NCBI RefSeq assembly: GCF_008831285.2
Contig: NC_045138.2
Coordinates: 8,990,001-9,054,000, forward strand
Source: Nymphaea colorata
Taxonomy: Eukaryota
DNA: 64,000 nt
Direction: 5' to 3'
Below the pieces are notes generated by a model. The model worked only from the letters and a program-made list of their open reading frames with translations, was not told where the DNA came from and ran no database searches. Each line of letters opens with the position of its first letter. Within the stretch, counting starts at the first letter, position 1. The translations under genes were made by a program, and so were the position numbers. Below, in pieces: positions 10,660 through 24,778 of this stretch.

Positions 10660-13042
10660 ATCACTTCACCAGCCATGAACATTGAATCTTTCGTCAAACA
10701 GACTAGTCCCTGCACCTACAAGTCTGAAGCATTTTTCATATGTAAACTTATCTACCAACAACTTCCTTTTTGGGAATCTCATTTCCTTCTCCTTTTGAAT
10801 AATAGTCTGTTTGGATACACTGATGGATTGACCTCATGTCCTAATGCACATATGAAAAATAGTCCTTTTGAATAATACAACTTCCTTCTTGCTGTTTGAA
10901 AAAAACATAGAAAAATGTTACTTGAATTGGTAAAGGATGGATCGGTTGCTCCTAAGCTGGATTATTTCCCTCTCACTGACTATTCATAGTTGTTGGTCTG
11001 AATACTTCATTTGCAATACACTTAAGAGAATGTAAGCTGTACGCTTCCTACTCCACTGTGCAGCAATTGAAATCTCAATAGCACAACTTGCACAAACGAA
11101 CAGATAATTTTCATAAAGCAAAAAATCTTGCCCACCCACTTGATATGGCATTTAAACCTGTCCCAGATGATGATCTTGCCATCCATACAACGGCTGGTCT
11201 CCCATGCATGAATGTGGTTCTCTATGGACTTCATTGAGCATTCATGACAGCCCTCTCATACTTGAAGATCTCTTACGTATGTTGCTGATTCGTGAAGCTC
11301 AACTTCAAAAGACCAAAATGATCGACCAGCAAATTTAGCACACAAAGCCTTCTCAAATCCAAATCAGGGTCAACATTGAAACCAAATTTGCCTATGCCCT
11401 TTGGACACCAAATTACAATTCTACAGTTCCAAATGTGTTTCCCTAGGTTACAGTCAGCAACATAAAGGCCATCTACGCATGTTTTGCTCACTAAAGATGA
11501 GCTTTCTTCTCAACTTCCACACTCTTCACCTCAAAGTTATCCTCTAGCAGTACACAAATCTCTTTGCCTTCCCCTGCACCTTCTATATCGCTCATCTTAA
11601 CAAGGTATAGACTTTATCCAGATTTGACTCCTGAGCCTCCATATCAATATTCCACAGTTCCATCTCCTATATCTCGAATCTCTCCACCACCATCTTGCTC
11701 TCCTAGACCACCATCACCACTTTCTCCCCCTAGTTGAACCTAGTCTTTGGTCACATGTTCCCAAACACAAAACCTTTCTCACCATTCTCCATCCATTGCC
11801 TCCAAACTCAATACCTAAGCCCTCTATCCATACCCAACCTACATCCTTTTACAAAACTGTGAGCACTCACAATAGTGCAAATCTGTGGAAGACAAGTTTC
11901 AAGCTCTGATTAAAAAGGGCACTTCGAAGCTTATTTCCCGCCCTTTATAAATAATGTTGTGAGCAATAAGTAGGTCTTTCTTGTCAAACAAAAATCAGAT
12001 GGCTCTCTTGAACACTAGAAAGTGTGATAGTGGCAAAGAGTAACACTCAGGAGGAAAAGACTGATATGTTTGAACGCCAAATTATTTGAACGCTCTGGAG
12101 TGACACAACATTGGGGCCTCGTACCTATCTCTTAATCCTGTTTTTAAACAGTAGCACTAAGTACATAGAAGTTGGCATGATTATGTGGGAAAGGAAAATC
12201 TTTAAGACCACTGAGCTTCCATTGGGGGGGTGGGGGTCGTGGGGTGGTGTTGATGGCAATCTCTAATCACATCTATCCAATCAGTGTTGATCATGAGTTG
12301 CCAAAATAGAGATAAGGCAAGAAGCAGTTCTGACTAGGTGTTTCATATATATAAAGGATAAGATTGACAATGTATTGTTTCCTACATATATGGAGACCCA
12401 AACTACATTTGCAACAAAATCTTCTGTTGTTTATAGGGAAGTCTCTTCTCGTGATGAACATGAAAAAGAGAAGATAAAGAAACAACTCGACAGCCTTGGA
12501 CCTATACCATTTATTATCCCCTTTGGTGTTATTTTCTATATCTTTCTGGCAAGGCAGTGGTAATCATCTTGATCTCAGGAAGTCATTTTTATCTCAATCC
12601 TTATTCTTGCTTCAATTGTTCTGCAATCTAAGAACAATATGCATCCTATCAAGTAGAAACACTACCTAAATGTCATTGTATCCTATAAAATATGTTAAGG
12701 GAAGACGTCTAAGATGTGAGCAAAGAAAGTTCCACCATTTGAATATAACTTGATTTTGACCATATCTAGGAATCCATCCATAATAACATGAAGATTACAA
12801 AACATAAAAGATGCCAAACAAAATTTTAAAAAATGAAAATGATAAGATCAATTTCATTTAAATGATGACAAAGAATTTAAGTGGCTATATAGAATATTAT
12901 TTCCAATGAAACAACTATAAATAAAAAATAAAGAGTAGCCTATTCAGCAAAATGGTCATCCTAGACAAAATAAGTTTGAGCATCCAGCTGACCACAAACT
13001 GAAAATATGCAGGTGAAACATTCACCACGAGACCAGCTAAAT

Positions 13043-13416
13043 CACCTGGGTATGGATATGGATTTTGGTACAGGTACAGCAATGCAGATACAGGTATGGC
13101 AAGTTTAGAAAATGCAGGTACGGGGACATGGTGGTGTATACTGTGTGTGTGTGTGTGTACGCGCGCGCACATATATATATAATGCATTTTGTTAAAAAGA
13201 AAAATGGTTTAATGTGTTTTGAATCTGGTCTCACGTATATATACAAAATCCTACAAATATTCATGCATTTTGTTAAAAAGAAAATGGGCTTAATGCATTT
13301 TAGATCGGGTTTGACACAGACCCAATCCAAAAGGTGTCATTATGTGTCCCTCTACCTGTGTTGCCCTGTCTGCATAGGTACAGGGGCCAATCTGCCGTGT
13401 CCATGTTACCTTGGAG
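13043..13416. mobile_element. Probable MITE with an internal ~80-bp duplication
   Basis: Imperfect inverted ends cacctgggtatgg / ccatgttaccttggag; duplicated atgcattttgttaaaaagaaaa. Confidence 0.4.
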
Positions 13417-14138
13417 ACCATAGCAAATAAGAGCAACATGCACCATACCATGGTTGTCTAAACCATATCCACAAGTACTGTTTTTGGGTTTTAGACAGCG
13501 AACTTTGTACGGGTATAAAACGGCAAGTTGAGGAAAAAAAAACAAAAAAAAAAACAGCAAATTTTAAAGCAATTAATCTTTCAGCAAGAATAAGAACGGT
13601 GGGCAAAATCTTAAAAATAAAATGTACAAAATGTCAAAATAAAAATTTGGTAACTAAAAAGTGCAAAAAACACGAAAAAACATGAAACAATATGAAAAAG
13701 GGAAAAAGGGAAAAAATGCATAAAGTAATGGATAAAAATGGGATAAAATGTGTTTTTTTCGTTTTTGACATTTTTTTCACAATTTATTCGGCTGACCAAT
13801 TTTTAATGTTCTAAATTCTTTTTAATAATACGTGTTTTCTGAGGCTATAGTCTAAAGACCCTAAACCAATATCCAGGAAAAAAACATGGCAATATAGGTG
13901 AACATATACCCCGTAAATAGTCACACAAAAAAAACCCATTCTTGGTCTTGAAAAAAAAAAAAAGAACTTTCTCTAGTCAAAGAGTAAGCACCCACAAACA
14001 GCTGGACATAAAACAAGTCGTGATGAGCCATAAACACAAGACAAAACCCATCACAAAGGAGAACATAAGACCCCTTGGAAGCACAAAGGTTCCATTCTAT
14101 CTCAGACAAGCATAAAAGAGACCGTAACAATACCGATG

Positions 14139-14530
14139 TGTGAATCAGGGACCAAAACAAGAGCTACACAAGGCCACAAAGTTATGATGCACAAATGGCA
14201 CAAGGCATTACAGCAACACAAGGCAGTACTACTAAAAAGGAAGGAAGAGGGAGTGATCCCCATATATATATAAAAAAAGGAGAGGAGCTTACCCATTTAA
14301 CTAACTCCAACGGCTAGAAATCTAGATGACTTTGGACCCAGCCGTTGGTACTACTACAAAGAAAGGAAGAGGGGGTGATCCCTATTTATACAAAAAAAGG
14401 AGAGGAGCTTTACCTATTTAACCAACTCCAACGGCTAGAAATCTAGATAGACTTTGGACGCCAGCCATAGGAACTTGCTCATTTGTTCCAGAAACAGAAA
14501 AAATGATATACAAAAAAATTGAAAAAGGCA
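14139..14530 (-). mobile_element. LTR remnant related to the element B family, with a ~120-bp internal tandem duplication
   Basis: Begins tgtgaatcagg, the exact reverse complement of the B LTR end cctgattcaca. Contains two copies of aactccaacggctagaaatctaga. The right boundary is approximate. Confidence 0.55.
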
Positions 14531-14977
14531 GTGTAATACGTTTATGTCGTTAGCGAAAAGACGAGCTTCTTGCACTTGCACTAACTCCTAACTGAAATGC
14601 ACTTTGATTCTATCACGAGCACAACCTGAATCGAGGTCAGAGAAGAAGGACCCGTCCTTTCCTCCATTACCTCTTTAGTTAGGAATTATATGACTAATAC
14701 AGGAGAAGCAACGCCATTTAAAACTTTGGTATTGGTCCGGACAAAACCAGGCGGAAAACTTACAGGAGGCCCCTCTACCAACCAACAGAAATCAAATGAC
14801 AAATGGCGTCTCGCTTTTCTCTCAACTTCATCAACAGACCAATCAAGAACAAACGGTAAAAGAGACACTTATCTTTAGACAACGCAGCATTTGTATTAGC
14901 AAACAGTGTCGTCTTCAAAAGAAACGAGGAAGAGAAGGGTGGCAACCATGATTGGGTCGGCGGAGCAGAGGACTCAC

Positions 14978-15252
14978 AAGGAGGGGAACCAGTAAAGAGG
15001 AGGTCCCCTTCGGGAGACGTCCCACCCATGGTAGGTGGAGTAGTACACGAGCTGGTGGAGGGAGTGGGGATGACGAGGTCGGAGCAGCCGAGCGTCCGTG
15101 ATGGTCCTCCATATCTGGTCGGCCTCCCCCCACGGTGATCTGGAGATGGCATCTCTGAGGGATACGTAGAAAGAGCGGGCTTCCCACGGGGAGAGCCCCG
15201 CCCTCACTATATCCTCCACCCCGATCTCTCGTATGCCTTTGCCCACATCCAT
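14978..15252 (-). CDS. AAE18: Exon 1 of an acyl-activating enzyme 18/17-like gene
   Basis: MDVGKGIREIGVEDIVRAGL...LLRPRHPHSLHQLVYYSTYHGWD...GPPLYWFPSL matches the N-terminus I recall for plant AAE18 (HPHPLHQLLYYS...GPPLYWFPSL). It ends at a GTGAGT donor (14977-14972). No later exon was recognised in the window. Confidence 0.88.
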
Positions 15253-16059
15253 TCTCTCTCTCTCCCTCTGCGCTGCTTGTGAAACTAGTTGTGAAACTAG
15301 TGTAAAGCTACATAGGGAAACCGTTGGGATGTAATGGCTGGTGAGAGAGGTAGTTGGAGCATCTGGTTGGTAGGCTACCACGGACGGTGCTGCGTGCTTC
15401 TGAACTGCCTTTCAGAAATTTTTTCACTTGGGCATCCACCTTAGAGGCCGTCGTCCCGAGAAAAGACTCCTGCTGTTTGACTCCCTTCCCAATGACTCCC
15501 TTCCCAACAGTTAGAAACAGGGTCTGTTTGCTAACGCGAAAACAAACTGTGTTTCGAGGCCATGCATGTGTCCCTTGACTGATCGTTGGTGAAATATTGT
15601 CTATAATTCATTCTAAATATAATTCTCTGAGCGACACAATAATGACTGGTATTCTTATCATGTTCACTGTTTGTACCAGTGCCGTTAACATGGGTTTGAA
15701 TCGTCCTGGGTCAGTCTATTCGAACAGAATCAGCCCCCCTCTCGATTTCATGTAGGGGTCAATTCAATTGTAGCTCAAAATCAGCCGATTTTTAATTGTT
15801 GCACAAAATCACCTATTTTTCATTGAAACCCACGATTTGGGAACGAATCGGAAGATTAAAAAAGAATAGCCCATTTTACCCGTAAAAAACAGAACAAAAC
15901 AAAACAAGAAAACCAATGTTTATGATTGTGACCGACTCAAAGGCACTTGATGAGCATTTGCAACTTGTTTTGGATGTTTTTTAATCATTTTCAAAACCTT
16001 TAGAAAAAGAAGAACAATGTAAACGTTAATAGCACATGGAACATGGAGAGTCCTTACCG

Positions 16060-16722
16060 CTGTTTGGATGGAAGGAAAGAACAATCAATCATTTGTTTGG
16101 TTGATTAATTAAAAAGAAAAGAAAGAAAAAAAGAAGTAAAAAACTTATTTTGTAGCAAAAGAAGGGAAAGAAGAGGAGAGGGAAAATGGAAATGATGTTC
16201 AAATGTAAATCCAATCACTCCAAAATTAAAATTAAAGGGATTGAAAAGGAAATAAAATGTTTTTTGCTTTCTATCATATATGTGATTTCTTTCTTTCAGT
16301 GCATGCATGAACAACATTTTACGTCATAACAACATTTTTTTTTTTTACTCAAGTCTCTTTTTACTGTCCGTTTTAGTAAACCATCCAGGTTGGCCTCTCT
16401 TCTCTTTTCTTCTATCTTTTCCCCACAGTTCATGATGCCCCCTTCCCGTCGTGAGGTGTTCTTCTCTTTTCTTCTATCTTTTCCCCACAGTTCATGATGC
16501 CCCCTTCTTCTTTTCAGTCGTCAGGTGCAAGGGTATTGTTATTATATCTTTTTTTTATTTTATATAGTTTAAACAAACATTATTTTAACAATTATTTTCT
16601 TTATATCCAAATAAACTTTATAATCACCCTTTTCATTTCCTTTTTTTTTTCTTCCCTCTTCATTTACCCCTCCCTTTCCTTTCCTTTCCACACTTCCCTC
16701 CCCTTCCTTCAATCCAAACAAA
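16060..16722. mobile_element. Tourist/Harbinger-like MITE upstream of the AAE18-like gene
   Basis: Inverted ends tgtttggatggaagga / tccttcaatccaaaca; internal ~45-bp direct repeat at ~16400-16505. Confidence 0.55.
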
Positions 16723-17580
16723 GCATAAGTTCATCATAACTTAAATTCAGTCATAACTAAATTTATACTTCATTTTTTATTTTTCTGAATTTGAATTATT
16801 TTGATTTTTTAATTTACTTATTGTTGAATTGAACAGGTACTTTTTTGAATCCTATTCACAACTGCTCGGGCCCCAATTTGATTCGTTGATTCATTGAATC
16901 ATTAGGTTTTAACGTTTGACTCAAAAACCCATTTTCATAACTCTGTTGTATACTGAGGGCGGTCTTTGCCTCTTATTTAAAGTTAGTAGAGTTTGAGATT
17001 CATGGATTTAAGATCAAATTCCCTCCCCTTTAATTTTAGATTTGATAGTTTCTTAATCCAAAAGATAAAATAAGGATTTCAATTGTGGATTTTAGGTCTG
17101 GCATAAGATCGTTCGAACCATGGACCTTACTATTGGTGTCTTGTGTTGTTGTTGAAGATAATAGGGCATTTGGCAGCTCAGCTGGCGCATGCAGATCTTT
17201 ATCCTCATCCTTGCTTTGAAGTCCAAGATTTGATTGCCATATTTGTGGAAGAATGCTACATTTGTGGAAGTCGTTTCTAGCTTCCTTATCTTCTATCACG
17301 GACTTTCTTGAGAGAATCTTGTAACTTGGCAATATAATAACCTTGTACTCGTGATAACAACAGGAATAAGATCTTTTCGTAAGTCGCTGAGCTGCCTTTC
17401 TTTATGGATGTAGACCTCATTAGCTGAAGAACCGCTTAACGTACATGTTTTCAACATGTCTCTTCTTCTTTCTCTTCTATTCTAGATGTGCTCGTTCATG
17501 GGTATTTGTTCTTTTGTTCTTCCCTTGAGGTGCTTCAACCATGGCAGAAAGATGGCTTTAAAGAGTGGTGATGAAGATAG

Positions 17581-20500
17581 TGTTGGATAGTGGCCAAAAG
17601 CCAAGGCCCGCTTGAGTTACGAGCTTGATTCCCTTCGCTAATCTCTCTTTGCCTTAACCCGCTAGGCTACCGAAAACCTATGAGGCGACACTGCCGAGCG
17701 ATTCTTTGACTTAGGGTTTAATCACTATATATGCCCAGCAATTCTCTGACTGAGGGGTTTAATTGATTGATCTCCCTAGTCGGCGCCTCATAGAACCAAA
17801 CCCAGAATTATCTGACTCTCTGCTACTGTTTTTCTACTTCTACTTCTTTCCTTCACCCTTTTTAGACGGTGTTGCTGCTTCCGCTTCCTCGAGTTTGTGC
17901 GCAGACCCGAACCCTCCACCGGTGGTATCAGAGCGTAGGGATTGTCGAATCTCAGTAAGTTCCGTCTGGCTTTTGTGACGCCTGTAATGTGCACATACAT
18001 ACATCGTCAATCTCCTTTAGCATGCCATTTTAGATTATGACGACTTGCTGTTCTAGATCATGCCTCTTGAACATTTCAGCATGCTAGACAATATTATAAA
18101 CAGTCTGCTAGTTCAGACAGATATCTTTCGTGAATTTCCTCAAGCTACAAGTTATCTTATTTAACAAGGAAGTTCAAACGCCCCCCGATTAGTTGAAGGT
18201 TCTAGAAAAATCAGAACCTGTAAAACCCTCGACGAGGGGAAGGAACAACCACGTCAAGGGTTCTGAGAAAAGGGGACAAGGATTCTAAAATGAAAAAAAA
18301 AGGGAAATCAGAACCCTCATCGAGGATCTAGCCCGAAAGCGCGCACACGCAAGAATAAGAGTAGAAGATCACCTCTGGCATTTTTTCCCTGGCTTGACCA
18401 GAGTGTTTGTTGTCGTTCCTTTGAAACAATCGCCTGCTACCTGAGCGACAAAACACCAAGGTTGCCGGCTTTACCGTGCGTCTAGAGAAGCCTTCGCCAT
18501 TTCTCTCTTCCGTCGCAGTCGGAGAACCCGTCGCTGCTCCTTTTCCGACCGCCTCTAAAACCCACAAAAAACCCCTCTGTCACTATCGGTAGAGACGATG
18601 AGGAGGTCGCCGGTCAACCCAAACCCCAACAGAGAGGGTTCATGAGGTGGAGATGCTCACCAGTCGTCTTCCTCGAGGTGATAGCAGAGAGGAGCTCGTC
18701 GGCCATCATACTCGCGGTGCTAGCAGACAGGTACTCGCTGGCTATCTTCCTCACGGTGGTAGCAGAGGTGGTTTGAGTGAAGGAAGAACCCTCACGGAGA
18801 AAGTTCGAGAGAAGATCGGGCGGAACAATGAAGGAAAACTCGTCGAAAGTATTTATAGACTTAAGTTGAAAATTACATATTTAGTCCACAATTTTCGAAA
18901 AACTTGCAAAAATGTTGTCCTATTTTTACAAAAATTAATGTTGCGACGTTTTGCTAAAAACTTTTTCAAAGGGGGGTTTTCGAAAGTTAAAAATTGAAAA
19001 TTAAGTCCACCATTTTCGTAATATTTCTAAAGCATGCTTCATTTTGCAAAAATTAATGCCGCAATGTTTTTGCTAAAAACTTTTTCTTGCGAAAATTAAT
19101 TTCAGTAAAAATCCGAGGTGTTATACGAAATTGCTTAGAAATACCCTCAAACTTATTATAAATTGTTAAAAGAGGGTTCTACTAACTTCCAAAAAATTGT
19201 TTTGTAATTTCAGCGAAAAATCAAGATTTTATATGCAATTCTGTAGAGATACCTTCAGACTTATTAAAATTGTTATAAGAGGGTCACGAGTATAGTTTTG
19301 AAAATAAAAGAGAAAATTGACGTTCTAAAATTTAAAGTTGAGATCTCCTTCCTTCTAAGTAATAATTTAGAATATTATTGGAGATTTGCTCATGTGATAT
19401 TCTTTATGTTATCTTCCTTCTTTTGCTTGTCATTAAAATTAAAAATGTAGAAATGATTTCCATAATGAGAGCATCTGGCAACTGTCAAAAAACTAAATAG
19501 TTAGCAACATGTATATATGCTTATGCAATTCTATTATTTTGTGCATGCATGACCAAATGGTAGGATAGACCTTGTGTTTCTGACAATAACTAAAATTTTA
19601 TTTGGTTATGGATATTATGTTAAAACATGTTCACATTATACTTTGAATTTGGATCTTTTTTTTTTTGCTTAAATATATATTGATTCTAATGTTGATATCA
19701 TTATATTTGGATCCACATTGCTATGATCTGAATCTAGATAATAATTTGGATTTTTGCTTTGGATCTAATCGTTACTTAAGATCCATATTTATATTCAGTT
19801 TGGCTCATGACATATTCATATTTTAATTTGTTTTGATACTGGTTAAAAATCTATATCCTATTTATGTTGGTTCAAATATATATTATAATATTCTTCATCA
19901 TTTTGAGTCTATTGATATTAGATATGATCAGAATTTGTTTTATATATTTATTTAGCTGTTGAATTTGGATCTCACAATAAACATTGTACTCTTTCAGAAC
20001 ATGATTTGATTTGACCAGTTTACACCTTTTGTTCAAGATCTATGTCTTGTTTATATTGGATCCAAACATATTATCAGACATTGATTTTTAGATCTAATGA
20101 TTTTACAAGTTGTACATTTTCAATGTGAGTAGCACTTGAGTGCTAAAAGAAGAATTTCTTTTGCTCCTTATAAATAATATTCCCTTAACAAAGATTATAT
20201 TATTGTATGTTTATCCTAGTTAAAAGTAATGATTATATTATTGGATATTGGTATGTTAATAAGTGTAAATTGACACTCTTAGACATGGTTAGATTCATAT
20301 ACCAACTTGGTTTATGACATATTTAAATTCAGATTAACTTGTTTGGATCGTTGGCTCCAAATATCTATACTTGCATTGAATTCAATATATCATCATGTGT
20401 ATGTGTAAGGTAACACTCTTAAGCATGGTGCAAGCAATATTAACAAAATATTTTTATTTAAAGATTTGTTGTACTAAAAGTTCTAGTATATGAAATCTTA

Positions 20501-22774
20501 TTTGCTCTTATGAAAAATGACTATAGGTATGACTTTAGATTTGCATCATATTAAAAGTGAGAAAAAGAAAAATCTTTAGTGTTGACTTAAGAAAACTAGA
20601 CTGTCATTTGGGATGAGATGTTCTTAATCTTTTCTTATTATTGTGTTTGGATCTATGATATGATGATATGATCTGAATTTATATATTTGAACTGGTGAAA
20701 TCCACAATACGTAAAGTTTAGATTCATATCTAAATTGACTTGTTTGGATATGTGAAAAAAATCTATATCCTGTTTATATTGGTTCCAATATATGTTATCA
20801 TATTTGCTTTTGGATCTAATCATATTGTTATATTTGTTGTCATTCTAGATCAAAAAATCATTCTAGAGAACTATTGAATAAAGCTTTATTTTTTTTCTTT
20901 TTATGAAAATGAATTTGTTTTTAATACATAATCAAAAGGTATAATATAACACTCTTGAACTAAAATCCATACTGGCAAGAATGTGTTTATTTGAAGGTTT
21001 ATGACATTAAAGTGCTAGAGATGGTAACTTTATTTTCTCAAAAATAAATATGGACTAGCATTGCTCCAAAGCTGCATCCTTTCAAGGTTAATTCATATTA
21101 GTTGTATTGTGAATATTGCTAGTTTGGATTCACGCTAATATAATTTAATCTTTAAGATCAACCTTACGTACAACCTTGATTCAAAATTGAATATATATAT
21201 TTGGATATATGATTAAACATCCATATCTTTGTTATATTAGATATAAGGATATTATGCTATTTGTTCATTTGTGGATCCAACTATGCTAGTATGCTCATAA
21301 GTAAGTTATTGTTTAAGAATGAATTTGTTTTTCAATATTTGACATGAGGTGTAAGATAACACTCATGAATATAATGAAATCCACACTAACTAGATCGATA
21401 TTGAGATATTTGAAAATCTAGAATGCATCTCAAATGCATATCTAGAAATTGAATAATATGTTTGTCAATGCATATGTATTGGGTACCCAAAGATCTAATA
21501 ATAATAACAATAATAATAATAATAATAATAAAAAGGTCTATAATGTTTTTATGCATGAGATGAAATTATTTCAATGGTACAAATATAATGATTCTTTTGA
21601 TGATCAAGTTTGATCGATTTGATATGTTAATTAGTAGTCAGTCAATGAACTGGCTAAGGATAGTTTGGTAATGAACCAATTAAAACTTATTAGTGCATTC
21701 AATGATCATATTGTAGATTGATTTATGAATCAATTAGAAAAATAACCAATTGAGTCCAATTCTTCTATTCTTAGACATTGATAATTGTCACAAAGGTTTA
21801 CATCTTCATGGCTATACTTGAATTGTTGTTGCATGCCTTTGTTTGTGGAGCTATGTATTAACCTTGGTGAAATAAATGAAAAATCTAACAAGTGATCTAT
21901 TCATTTGGTAATCAAAATTCCCTTATGAATGGTGAGTTAAATGAAATACTTTATATGGAAAGGTATATTGATTAATATTGTTGTACAATAGTCTCTTATG
22001 TAATATTTCCTTCTTTTAGATAGTCATTATGAAGATTAGACATATTGCTCATCAAGAAGATGACTATGTGAACAATTGAAAAGTGGGAGCCTGTTTGAGT
22101 TGTCATTGGCATATGATTATGTATTGCATGAATGGATATTTTTGAAATTATTTGGAACTTCTATTGTTAAAAGAGAAGTAATTGTCTTTTGTGAAAAAGT
22201 AATAAAAGAAAAATATACACCTTGCTCAATTTGTTGGAAGTCTAATACATAAGACTAAGTGTTTTTAGAGCATGTTACGATGGAAATATTTGTGCATGAA
22301 GAAAACCTCATAACTAATGTTAAATATATTGAATATTTGAGTTACGATGGTTAAACTAATTATGGAAAACAACGTAACTAAAGATTAAAGAAACTCACAA
22401 ATAGTGGTAGCAATTTGGCAGTCTCATGGCCAAGTAAGAGATGTTGGATAGTGGCCAAGAACCATACCTACTTATCTCATAACTGCAAGGGGGCCCACTT
22501 GGAGCTTGATTCTCTCCGCCAATCTCTCGTCGCCGTAACCGCCTGTTGGGCTACGAGAAAACCTATGAGGCAGCACTATCTATGCCCAGTGATTCTCTGA
22601 CTTGGGGTTTAATTGATTGATCTCCCTAGTCGACGCCTTATAGAAGCAAACCCAGAATTATTTGATTCTCTGCTATTGTTTTTCTACTTCTTCTTCTTCT
22701 TCTTTCCTTCGCCCTTTTCAAACGGTGTTGCTGCTGCCGCTTCCTCAAGTTTGTGCACAGACCCAAACCCTCCA
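17581..22774 (+). mobile_element. Non-autonomous LTR retrotransposon with AT-rich, essentially non-coding interior (Copia-derived, possibly Bianca-like)
   Basis: Diverged LTRs 17581-17918 and 22442-22774 (tgttggatagtggccaa...aaccctcca); PBS tggtatcagagc 17923-17934; purine tract before 22442; no long ORF; faint RNase H tail VFLEHV near 22260. TSD is not clean (atag/ctag). Confidence 0.8.
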
Positions 22775-24778
22775 CTAGTGACTTGTTGAGACGACGATCA
22801 GACCATGAAGAGTCTTCCACTGCTTCATTTCCAACAGATAGTTGTGCAGGAACAAGCCAATCCTGCAAACAAAATCAAGTTTGTTTTAGTGAATCGCTCT
22901 AATTTTGTGATCTGGTCAAGGTCAGATACTTTGTATCTCAGTGGCAAATTGAAGCTTGAATACGTGATTGGAGATATCTCTAAACCTAACAAGAACGACT
23001 CATTGTTTCAACCAATCACTTAGTGATATCATGGTTGATTAACTCCATGAAGTCAAAAAATTGCTCAAGGTTTTTATTTTGCTGATATTGTGGCACAAAT
23101 ATGGAAGAAAACAAGAGCTCTCGACAACGAGAAAAATGACACTGTTTGCATGCTTCAGCTCTCTCAAAATCTTTGAAGCATTGGGAAAGAGTCTCAATCA
23201 TTCAGTGAACACCTTGGAGAGATGCAAGGTATGTGGGTTGCACCTGATTACTTGGTTAACATGTCAGAAAGTTTCACATCTAAAGAAAAACATCGAGAGC
23301 AGCTGAAAATATTTAAACTTCTTGCTAGTCTCGGCCTTGAATATGTGACAACAGGGAGCCAAATTCTTATATCTCCTAAATTATTGACTTTTTTCTATTG
23401 TTTGTTCTTTATTATTGAGAAATGAATCGTGAAAAAGGGTTGCGAACTCTACTGGCACTAGTAAAGAATGAGCCAAGGGAGATAAGATGGACTTTCTTGC
23501 TATTGACAAAGGCACCAACTGCACTAGATGGAAAAATCGAGCTAAGAGATATTGCTCCCACTACAAAAAGGGAGGCCATACTCATGAAAGATGCTGGGAG
23601 CTCTATGGGAAACCTCAAAATATAAGGAAATCTACAGACAAGAAGGATACCAGGCCCATCACGTCCATGGCTAAAACCAACCAGTGATAAATCTGATTCT
23701 AATTACATCTGTGCTGCCATCATCCTTGAAAACATCAGTGAGCTTTTTCAAGGGATGAAGATTAATCAGAGTGGCGTGGCTGCCTCAGCTCATTCTTAGC
23801 ATTTTTGGTGCTAGTGATCATATGACTATAAAAAAAAATGTTAGATGCATACTTTTCAAACAATCTGATTAACCTGTGACTATTATTAATGGAACCTCCA
23901 TAAAAATTAGTAGCATGGGAAAAATAATATTTTTTTAGCATGATCATACTTCTGATGTTCTGTATATGCCATATCTTGCCTCTAAGCTACTCTCAATGTC
24001 TAAAATTAAGATACTTAATTTGCTAAGTTGTATTCACTAATGTGATCATTCATGACTTGAAGACGAAGAGGACAATTGGTAAGGGGTGCTTAAGGGATGA
24101 CCTATACATTGTGCAACCCAACTCCTTGGCCTTGGTGACTAGAATGTGGTTGAATGGAGAATTGTGACACAAAAGACTAGGCAATGCATCTAATCGGGCA
24201 TTGTCTATATTGATCCCCGATCTATATTTTGATGATTATTTGTGTGAGATTTGCAACTTTGCCAAAATGTCTAGACTTCGAAAATAAGTCTGTTACTCCC
24301 TTTGATCTTGTGGACTTTGATGTTTGGTGCCCAACAATCATAGTCTTATATTCTAATTGTTGTTCGTATGTGACATTCATAGATGATTTCTATAAAGTGA
24401 TTTTGATTTATTTATTAAAAAGCAAAGATGAAGTGCTTCATAAATTCCATGATTTCTAACAAAATGGTGGAAACTAAGTTTGGTGTAAAAATTAAGCCGT
24501 TGAGGATGGATGGATAATGAAACAGAATTCAAGAATTCAAGAACCACTGGTTTGAGCAGTTTGAGAGAGAACATGGTTTAGTTTATCAATTCACGTGCAT
24601 TGGTACTCCCCAACAAAATGTGGAAGCCACAAAAAATCACCATTTACTTGAAACCATTATGTCTCTTGTACTCCCCAACAAAAAATCACCATTTACTTGA
24701 AACCATTATGTCTCTTGTTTCAAATGAATGTCTCAAAAAGAGTTTGGAGAGATGTTGTCATGATAGCATGTTATATTA

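Larger units (their letters stand above)
1..12551 (+). mobile_element. Old, heavily decayed Ty1/Copia element (A) that hosts the nest; its 5' LTR runs off the left edge
   Basis: Removing the two insertions restores ...ccttcatcaca followed by PBS tggtatcaaagc (486-497). Decayed gag follows 10665 (FWESHFLLLLNNSLFGYTDGLTSCP), with CVSLGYSQQHKG at ~11430, RT remnant VKQKSDGSLE at ~11985 and RNase H remnant YLSLNPVF at ~12125. A G-rich PPT (12224-12247) precedes an LTR starting tgttgatgg at 12248, whose end (~12500-12551) resembles positions 1-57. Confidence 0.6.

Noticed and set aside
12224..12247. G-quadruplex-like G-run
   Set aside because: Explained as the degenerate polypurine tract of element A.
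16700..16720. ccttcaatccaaa is complementary to the miR159 5' end
   Set aside because: It is part of a MITE terminal inverted repeat and the complementarity does not extend.
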